Assembly: GCA_963828525.1 (NCBI GenBank)
Contig: CAWHEP010000003.1
Coordinates: 50,751 to 114,750, forward strand
Origin: an uncultured Verrucomicrobiae bacterium
GTDB taxonomy: Bacteria > Verrucomicrobiota > Verrucomicrobiia > Chthoniobacterales > Chthoniobacteraceae
Direction: 5' to 3'
DNA: 64,000 bases
A program made the position numbers and the translations under genes. Below, one piece after another: positions 57,488-64,000 of this stretch. Position 1 is the first letter of the stretch. Every line of letters begins with the position of its first letter. Under the pieces are notes generated by a model. The model searched no databases, had not been told where the DNA came from, and saw nothing but the letters and a program-made list of their open reading frames with translations.

Positions 57488-59044
57488 TCACGGCGTGGTG
57501 GGCGCTGGCCTTACGGTCAGATTCCGGACGTCCTGCAAGACCATGCCGGACGCCCCATCCCGGGCAAGGGAGGACCTGAAATTATCCATATCCAGACCGT
57601 CCACGTTTGAGAATGAGGCGGCGGGACGCCCGTCATCTTTCAAGAGGCTGATCCGGATGTTTGCGAGTTCCAGGTCGCGAATGTGCCTCGCATAAATTCC
57701 GTACGCTGGCATTTCCTTCGGTTCCGGGTAGCCTCTGCCGAGTTCGTCCGGAATTCGAGACGCGCTCTCCTTGTTCCCTCCGCCGTCGCAGATCAGTTTG
57801 ATGTTTTCCAATCGAATCGCCTCCAACGGTTGCTCCAGTGTTCCCATGATCTGGATGCCGCTGGCTCTGGAAACGTGATCCGCTATCACATTGGAGATGG
57901 AAATGTTTCTGCAGGCGCTTGGATGTTTAAGATCCCCGCCCCGGTTGCGCGAGCCTGTTACGATGTAGATCGCGTAATTCACCACCTGCATCATCGCGAG
58001 ATTGTTGATGGTAATGTTCTCCAACACGCCCCCATCCACCTCTTCCAGAGCGAGACCTTTGCTGCAGCGGAAAGTGCAGTTGGATACGGCGCAGTTCCGA
58101 AAGCCGCCACTTGATTCGGTGCCGAATTTGATCCGGCCATTGCCGCCTCTGCGAAAGCGCATCGTCCCATCGCGCAAGGATCCTTCTTCGAAGCCGGACA
58201 CCTGGCAGTTCGTTATGGTCAGGTTCTCCGTAATGACGTTCCTGCCAAGGGCGAAGGTACTCTTCGGGCAAAGCGCGTCATCGTTAGGAGCATTGATTCG
58301 GCAGTTCGACACGCAGGTATTTCTGCAGCAATCGATATCGAAGCCGTCGCGATTCGTATCCGCGGTCACGTTGTCAATGGTGAGGTTATCGCAGCCGGTG
58401 ACCAGTACGGCAAAGTGACCACCGTGGATGATGGTGATATCCCGAAGAAGGACATTTTTGCAGAGTTTCAGCGCTATCGCCTTGTTCCCTAGGCGAACAG
58501 GAGCCGCCGCGATATGAGGAGGGTCGCCTTGTTTATCCCATGCCGAAAAGCCGCACATCGCGTCCAGTTCGCCATCGTCGGAAACGAGTCCTTCTCCATC
58601 GATCACGCCCTGCCCTGTGATGGAAACGTTGCTGAGGTTCTCTCCCCAGATCAGGCTGTTGTGGAAGAAGCAGTGACCGCCGTCCTGATAGGGATTATTC
58701 GACCACGGCTCGGTTTCATCATAGACATTCATGGATTGGGAAGCGCCGAGAATGGTTGCTCCCGCGTCCAGAAGGAGGTGAACGTTGCTTCGAAGATGGA
58801 TTGATCCACTCAAGTAATTGCCGGCTGGAACTAAAACCGTGCCCCCGCCCGCGTCGGCCACGGACTGAATGGCACGGTTGATCGCCGGGCTGTCCAGATG
58901 CTGCCCGTCGCCCAAGGCGCCAAAACTCTTTACGCTGCAGACAGCGGGGTCAGCGCAGCTGGCTTTTGTAGTGAGGAAGAATACGTTTATGCACAGGCTC
59001 ACGCGCAGGAGCCACGAGGTAGGAAGGTTTAAGAATGGCTTCAT
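57488..59044 (-). CDS. glycoside hydrolase family 28 (polygalacturonase-like parallel beta-helix), secreted
   Basis: Signal peptide, then FGALGDGQHLDSPAINRAIQ. GH28-like motifs TNRDGFDI, NDDALCPKS and NGRIKFG. Confidence 0.75.
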   Translation of the reverse strand: MKPFLNLPTSWLLRVSLCINVFFLTTKASCADPAVCSVKSFGALGDGQHLDSPAINRAIQSVADAGGGTVLVPAGNYLSGSIHLRSNVHLLLDAGATILGASQSMNVYDETEPWSNNPYQDGGHCFFHNSLIWGENLSNVSITGQGVIDGEGLVSDDGELDAMCGFSAWDKQGDPPHIAAAPVRLGNKAIALKLCKNVLLRDITIIHGGHFAVLVTGCDNLTIDNVTADTNRDGFDIDCCRNTCVSNCRINAPNDDALCPKSTFALGRNVITENLTITNCQVSGFEEGSLRDGTMRFRRGGNGRIKFGTESSGGFRNCAVSNCTFRCSKGLALEEVDGGVLENITINNLAMMQVVNYAIYIVTGSRNRGGDLKHPSACRNISISNVIADHVSRASGIQIMGTLEQPLEAIRLENIKLICDGGGNKESASRIPDELGRGYPEPKEMPAYGIYARHIRDLELANIRISLLKDDGRPAASFSNVDGLDMDNFRSSLARDGASGMVLQDVRNLTVRPAPTTP

Positions 59045-59223
59045 GGGGAGTTCGATGGGTCAAAGATAGATCAAGGCGGGGGAGCGGGAAGCGCAATCAC
59101 TCAGCCTCGCGCCCATGACCAAAACTGTCGAGCACGACTACGCGCTTCCCTCACCGCGCTTCGGCCCTGCGCATCGCAGATGAGTATTGGCGGCTCTCGC
59201 GGTCCGGGCTTACACTGGCGCCA

Positions 59224-60504
59224 ATGTCCCTGATAAGCCTCATTCCGTTGCCGAGTGTCGTGGCCTGCGCCCTTGTCGTTATGCTTCTTCCATCGCGCGC
59301 GTTGCCGCTTGAGAACGAACCCATCGATACGGCGCCACTTCACGCAAACGCGCGAGACATCGTGAAAGCCAACGGAGAGCACATAAGGCTGCGTGGCGTA
59401 AACCTTGGAGGGTGGCTTGTAATGGAACCATGGATGACCCCGGCCGATTCCTCCGGCCTCGGGGACGAATATAGCATTCTGCAAAAACTCGACAGCCGGT
59501 TCGGTATCGCGACGGAACAAAGCCTCGTGCAGGGCTACCGGCAGAGTTGGACAACACTCCGCGACCTGGATAACATCAAAGCGCTTGGACTGAACGTTGT
59601 CAGGGTTCCCGTTTGGTGGGGCGATTTTTACGCGCTGACCGCGCTCGGCCAGGACAACCCCGCGATGCGCTCGGATGCCTTTACCTTGCTCGATTGGCTT
59701 GTGAACGCCGCCTCGACGCGCGGGATTTATACCATCATCGATATGCATGGCGTTTTTGGTGGCCAGAGTACTTCCGCGAGCACTGGTATGCGCAACAAGA
59801 ACGCGTATTGGGCGGACAAAACCGCGCAACTTGCGACCGGCGAGATGTGGAAGGCCATCGCCGCTCATTACAAGGGGAATGCGGGGGTAGCGGGGTACGA
59901 TCTTCTTAATGAACCAATGGGCGCGCCCAATACACAGGCCGTCTGGGGCGCGCTGAATACTCTCTACCATGATATCAGGGCAGCGGACCCAAACCACATC
60001 CTATTTATGGAGGGCACCTTCGGATCCTGGAATTGGAGTATGCTGCCACCACCTTCCAAATACGGCTGGACCAACGTTGTATACGAGATGCACGAGTATC
60101 AATGGTCAAAACAGAACCCCGATGGGGTTCAGGCCGGAGCGGATAACCAATGCGCGGACGCAAAGGCTCACAAGATGTGGAACGTTCCCCCGTATGTCGG
60201 AGAGTTCAACGCGTTCGGCACAGGCACTCCGGCGTGGAAGCATGTGATTGGGGCTTTTGACAAAGCAGGCGTGAATTGGACTTCATGGAGCTACAAGGCT
60301 ACGCATGGCGGCGGCGTGGATAGCTGGGGATTGTATAACCCGAATTCTGGCAAGCACACCGTTCCAAACATCGAGTCGGATACATCAAGCAAGATCTCCC
60401 GCGATTGGGCGGAGTGGACCACCGCAAGAGCCTTCGCCGTGAATCCAATGGTCGAAGCCGCGTATTCCGGCAGCTGGGCAGGCGGGAAAGTCAGCGGGAA
60501 TTAG
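59224..60504 (+). CDS. glycoside hydrolase family 5 (cellulase/beta-glycanase), secreted
   Basis: GVNLGGWLVMEPWMTP, GYDLLNEPMG (acid/base Glu) and YVGEFNAFG (nucleophile Glu). N-terminal hydrophobic leader. Confidence 0.8.
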   Translation: MSLISLIPLPSVVACALVVMLLPSRALPLENEPIDTAPLHANARDIVKANGEHIRLRGVNLGGWLVMEPWMTPADSSGLGDEYSILQKLDSRFGIATEQSLVQGYRQSWTTLRDLDNIKALGLNVVRVPVWWGDFYALTALGQDNPAMRSDAFTLLDWLVNAASTRGIYTIIDMHGVFGGQSTSASTGMRNKNAYWADKTAQLATGEMWKAIAAHYKGNAGVAGYDLLNEPMGAPNTQAVWGALNTLYHDIRAADPNHILFMEGTFGSWNWSMLPPPSKYGWTNVVYEMHEYQWSKQNPDGVQAGADNQCADAKAHKMWNVPPYVGEFNAFGTGTPAWKHVIGAFDKAGVNWTSWSYKATHGGGVDSWGLYNPNSGKHTVPNIESDTSSKISRDWAEWTTARAFAVNPMVEAAYSGSWAGGKVSGN

Positions 60505-61454
60505 ACTCCTCGTTTCGCCACAGTCTCCAACACTTCGTCTTTCACTGGCGACGTGATCCCCAGGCGCTCCCGCAGGACGTCGACGGAAAGAGCCGCGCGG
60601 CTGTCCGGAACAATGCCGGAGCCAAATTTGCGGGCGTAGACCTTCGTAAACTCAGCGCCAAAAAGCAATATGCATGTCGAGTAATAAACCCACAGGAGAA
60701 TGATGATGGCAGACCCTGCCGCGCCGTAGTAGGACGCTGTGCTGCTTGTGCCCAAATAGAGGCCGATGAGATACTTCCCGACAGTAAAGAGGAAAGCCGT
60801 GCCAATCGCGCCAATAGCGACATCGCGCCAACTGATCCTGACATTAGGCAGAATTTTGAAGATCATCGCGAAGAGGACAGTCACGATGCCGAAAGATGTG
60901 AGAAGATCGGCCATATGCCATAGGCCCGTCGGCAGCAGGATGCGGTCACTCATGTATTTACTTACCGCCGCCACCACTGCGCTGATAACGAGGGAAACCA
61001 CAAGGAGAAATCCAATTCCCAGCACCATTGTAAAAGAAAGGAACCGCTGCCGGATTAACGTGCTGAAAGGTCTCCCCTTTCTCACGGTTACGCCCCAGAT
61101 GAGATTTAGCGCGTCTTTTAGCTCCCCGAAGACGCCCGATGCTCCGAAGAGCAGCACGACGAGACCAATCGCGGTGGCCAGCAGACTGGTTGATTTGGTG
61201 GCTGTGCTTTGGAGCACGTTTTGAATGGCCTCCGCGGCTTGTCTACCGGCCAATTCCTGGATCTGCGTCGCGATGTCGCCCCGCGCCGCATCCTTACCGA
61301 AGACAAGCCCGGCTATCGACAGAATGATGATGAAGAGTGGCGCCAGTGAGAAAAGGGCATAGTACGCGAGCGAAGCGCTCAGCCGAAGAGCGTTGTCGTC
61401 CGACCACTCGGCGCACGTTTCTTTTATCAGATCCATTATCGACCGTATCTTCAT
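60501..61454 (-). CDS. YihY/BrkB-family membrane protein
   Basis: 317 aa with LSASLAYYALFSLAPLFIIIL and about six TM segments. Its 3' end overlaps the GH5 stop by 4 nt (convergent). Confidence 0.8.
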   Translation of the reverse strand: MKIRSIMDLIKETCAEWSDDNALRLSASLAYYALFSLAPLFIIILSIAGLVFGKDAARGDIATQIQELAGRQAAEAIQNVLQSTATKSTSLLATAIGLVVLLFGASGVFGELKDALNLIWGVTVRKGRPFSTLIRQRFLSFTMVLGIGFLLVVSLVISAVVAAVSKYMSDRILLPTGLWHMADLLTSFGIVTVLFAMIFKILPNVRISWRDVAIGAIGTAFLFTVGKYLIGLYLGTSSTASYYGAAGSAIIILLWVYYSTCILLFGAEFTKVYARKFGSGIVPDSRAALSVDVLRERLGITSPVKDEVLETVAKRGV

Positions 61455-61620
61455 GTTCCTCTTATTCGCTGCTCACCGTCCCCGCGGCTTTGGAATCCCT
61501 TCTCATTGCGCGGTGTCCACCCCTGCATAGCACACGCGGCTCGCATGAAGCCACAGAAGATGAAACCAAATCCACGCGGGGTTTCCTCTGGACGAGAGAT
61601 AGCAATCCAGCCATATCCGT

Positions 61621-62979
61621 GTGGCCCCTTGGGTATTCCCTAACGTGAACCGTCTGCTACCATTTGCTCCGATGATTTCCATCTTCCACGGCTGGCTGAA
61701 CAGCGCGCTCGGCAGACGCATCACGATCGCGCTGTTTGGCGTCCATGTTCTAAGTTATTGCGCCCCGCCCCTTTGTAATTACGTGTTCTTCAGAGCGGAG
61801 CACGGCATCAAAGACTACCAACTCTGGTACGACACGGGACGTTTGATCCTCGAAGGAAAGCAGCTCTATCCCACGAATGGAGATGCATTCCCTTTCATGT
61901 ATCCCCCATCATGCGCGGCTCTGCTGGCAATACTGAGTTGTCTCGGCACCTTTGGCCTTGTGGCGGGACTTGTCGCTTTGAACAGCGTGGCGTGGGTCGC
62001 AAGCATCGCGCTTTCGCTCCACCTCGTAACAGGTCGAATCTTTCGGCAAGAGGCTTTGCTGTATCTCTTTCCCTTGGTGGTTACCTCTCCTTTCGTCTGG
62101 GGCACCTATTTGCTCGGACAACCGAGTTGCCTGCTTCTTGCCTGCATGCTGGGTGGGTTCGCTTGCTTGCGCGCGAAGCGTCCCCTCCTCGCCGGCGCGC
62201 TCATTGCCCTTGCAGCGGCGATCAAGGCCTTTCCTGTGATGGCAATCGGCTACCTTGTCTATCGGCGGTACTGGAGCGCGTGCATCTCCATGCTGGCGGC
62301 GCTCGCGGTTCTGCTCATCATCCTCCCAGCGACTTTTCGCGGTTGGGAACGTTCATGGGATGACATGAAAGTTTGGACGAACGGGATGGTCCTAAAGTAT
62401 GATTCGCGAGGAATCGCGCAGCGTGAAGGCCGCGGTAATTCCTGGCGCAACCAGTCACTCATCAGCGTGTGCAACCGCCTTTTGCGTCATATCGACTCAA
62501 GCGACGGCCAGAAGCCTCCTGTCTACGTGAACATCGCGGACCTTGGGTTTCGTTCGGTAAACGTTGTTATCGCCGCAACGGCGGCTCTTCTGGGATTGGG
62601 CTTCATGGCAGGAATGCCAGCCCTGACTCAGCGAACCCGTGAGACGGACAACCTCGAATTTGCCATGCTCCTGCTGCTGATGTTGATGTTCGCGCCCCTT
62701 TGCTTTGGGTATATGTTCGTGTGGCTGATTTTTCCCTTGATGGTGGCGGCCCGCGCAATCATGCAGGAAAGTCCAGGGCGGCGTTCGGCTTTGTTGAAGT
62801 GGCTCGGGTGCGTCGTGGTTCTTCTTGCGCTTACCACTATTTTTCGGAAGAGCGCGCAGGCCTATGGCAATATTTTCTTCGCCTCCCTAATCCTGCTGGT
62901 TGGTCTTGGGATTCGTTTGTGGAGGCTGAAATTCGGAGGAGGATCCCCATCTGCTGACCGGCCTTCCAGCCTGAACTGA
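61621..62979 (+). CDS. DUF2029/GT87-like polytopic membrane glycosyltransferase
   Basis: YPTNGDAFPFMYPPSCAALLA, AIKAFPVMAIGYLVYRR, and many TM helices. Start is GTG 61621, or alternatively ATG 61672. Confidence 0.6.
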   Translation: MAPWVFPNVNRLLPFAPMISIFHGWLNSALGRRITIALFGVHVLSYCAPPLCNYVFFRAEHGIKDYQLWYDTGRLILEGKQLYPTNGDAFPFMYPPSCAALLAILSCLGTFGLVAGLVALNSVAWVASIALSLHLVTGRIFRQEALLYLFPLVVTSPFVWGTYLLGQPSCLLLACMLGGFACLRAKRPLLAGALIALAAAIKAFPVMAIGYLVYRRYWSACISMLAALAVLLIILPATFRGWERSWDDMKVWTNGMVLKYDSRGIAQREGRGNSWRNQSLISVCNRLLRHIDSSDGQKPPVYVNIADLGFRSVNVVIAATAALLGLGFMAGMPALTQRTRETDNLEFAMLLLLMLMFAPLCFGYMFVWLIFPLMVAARAIMQESPGRRSALLKWLGCVVVLLALTTIFRKSAQAYGNIFFASLILLVGLGIRLWRLKFGGGSPSADRPSSLN

Positions 62980-63037
62980 TCCTATTCTCTTCAGCGATTG
63001 ATAATTCGCGAACGGCGCATCATTATTCCCGGGAAAT

Positions 63038-63379
63038 ATGGATTACACGACTTACAAAATTATCCACCTTACGGGGATCGCGGCGCTGGCAATCGGAACC
63101 GGCGGAATGCTTGCAAATGGGGACAGCCGTAAAACTTTCGCGATGTGGCAGGGGGTGGGCCTTCTCATCATGCTGGTGTCCGGCTTTGGCCTGTTGGCAA
63201 AGCTGAAGCTTGGCTTCCCTCATTTCGCGATGGTGAAAGCCGGTCTCTGGATTGTGATCGGGTGTCTCCCGTTGATCTTTCGGAGGATCAGACCGCCTTT
63301 GTCCGTTTGCATACTGATTCCGGTTTGTCTGGTCGCAGTGATGGCTTGGCTGGGGATTATGAAGCCTCCCCTCTGGTAA
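63038..63379 (+). CDS. small four-helix membrane protein, unknown function
   Basis: 113 aa with four hydrophobic segments and an ATG start. Confidence 0.5.
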   Translation: MDYTTYKIIHLTGIAALAIGTGGMLANGDSRKTFAMWQGVGLLIMLVSGFGLLAKLKLGFPHFAMVKAGLWIVIGCLPLIFRRIRPPLSVCILIPVCLVAVMAWLGIMKPPLW

Positions 63380-63659
63380 CGCGCGAAATAGCGTTTTCGA
63401 TTTCCGCAGGATTTTGATTGCGCGGCGCGGCTTCATGACGATGATGTCCGCTCCTTTGGTTACCCCCTTGTATTCTGGAACGTTGCCGGACTGATCTCTG
63501 GCTGAACGTCCCTGCCCCACCCCTCATGAATCTGAATGCGCGAAAGGCAACGTCGGTCGCTTCCGCTTTGAGCCGAACGTGGCGGCGACAGAACCGGTCA
63601 TCGAAATTTTTGAACTTTTTTGAGGCTCTTCTGTCTCATCACAACTCCAGCAGACAGCA

Positions 63660-64000
63660 ATGATAAAAGTAAGGAACCTGAAGAAGAATTTCGGTCATAA
63701 ACTCGCCGTAAACGGCATCTCGTTCACCGTGGAAAAGGGCGAGGTATTGGGCTTCCTCGGGCCTAATGGCGCGGGCAAGTCAACCACGATGCGGATGGTC
63801 ACCGGATTCATCCCGCCGAGCGGGGGAGAAATCTCGGTCGGCGGGTTCGATATCGTGGAGAATCCCATTTCCGCGAAACGCCTCATCGGTTATTTGCCGG
63901 AGAACGCCCCCTCGTATGGGGATATGACAGTCTCCGGTTTTCTGGGATTTGCGGCGGAGCTGCGCGGCCTGCAGGGAGGCGCGAGGCAACGAGCGGTTCA
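63660..64000 (+). CDS. ABC transporter ATP-binding protein (ABC-2/NatA/GldA-like), 5' fragment running off the right edge
   Basis: My own translation from ATG 63660: MIKVRNLKKNFGHKLAVNGISFTVEKGEVLGFLGPNGAGKSTTMRMVTGFIPPSGGEISVGG..., open to base 64000. It is not in the ORF track because no stop lies in the window. Confidence 0.85.
   Translation, partial: MIKVRNLKKNFGHKLAVNGISFTVEKGEVLGFLGPNGAGKSTTMRMVTGFIPPSGGEISVGGFDIVENPISAKRLIGYLPENAPSYGDMTVSGFLGFAAELRGLQGGARQRAV

Noticed and set aside
59101-59997. 298-aa minus-strand ORF overlapping the GH5 gene and its promoter
   Set aside because: The GH5 catalytic motifs (NEP, GEFN) are on the plus strand. The minus-strand product is Arg-rich with no motif.
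1-64000. CRISPR arrays, IS elements or transposases, prophage genes, toxin-antitoxin or known anti-phage defence genes
   Set aside because: I saw no short regularly spaced repeats, no transposase, integrase or recombinase-like ORFs, and no nuclease/ATPase pairs typical of defence systems. The only repeats are the diverged pilin duplication and the paralogous kinase modules.

Overview
64-kb GC-rich chromosomal window with one tRNA and no rRNA, CRISPR array, transposase or integrase that I could see. Orphan prepilin-type genes, many TPR-fused GT-C membrane glycosyltransferases and a three-subunit b558-type succinate dehydrogenase suggest a Verrucomicrobiota/PVC-like soil bacterium; this is inference only. 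About two thirds is housekeeping: a GH57 glucan enzyme, rfbBD, a frameshifted uvrD-like helicase, livFGMH plus binding protein, sdhCAB, mreBCD-mrdA-rng, a UbiA/polyprenyl-synthase pair, radC, a Wzm/Wzt exporter, tal-putA and tRNA-Arg(TCG). Two regions look accessory. (i) At 33.9-44.9 kb, five GT-C-fold glycosyltransferases (three TPR-fused, TMTC/PMT-like) and a degenerate-GT2/methyltransferase fusion surround two tandem orphan pseudopilin genes. This is a candidate pilin/protein O-glycosylation module. (ii) At 50.1-57.1 kb, two hybrid histidine kinases flank an amino-acid ABC importer that has no binding-protein gene. The larger kinase (HK-REC-HK-REC) begins with a plant ETR1-type ethylene-binding domain whose Cu-ligand Cys/His pair is intact, and it lies next to GH28 and GH5 hydrolases. 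The class II ribonucleotide reductase gene nrdJ is broken by three single-base frameshifts, uvrD by one, and a small AT-hook/wHTH gene by one. All five are apparent +1 insertions. Every product call rests on motif recognition by eye plus the supplied ORF track; no searches or computations were run.
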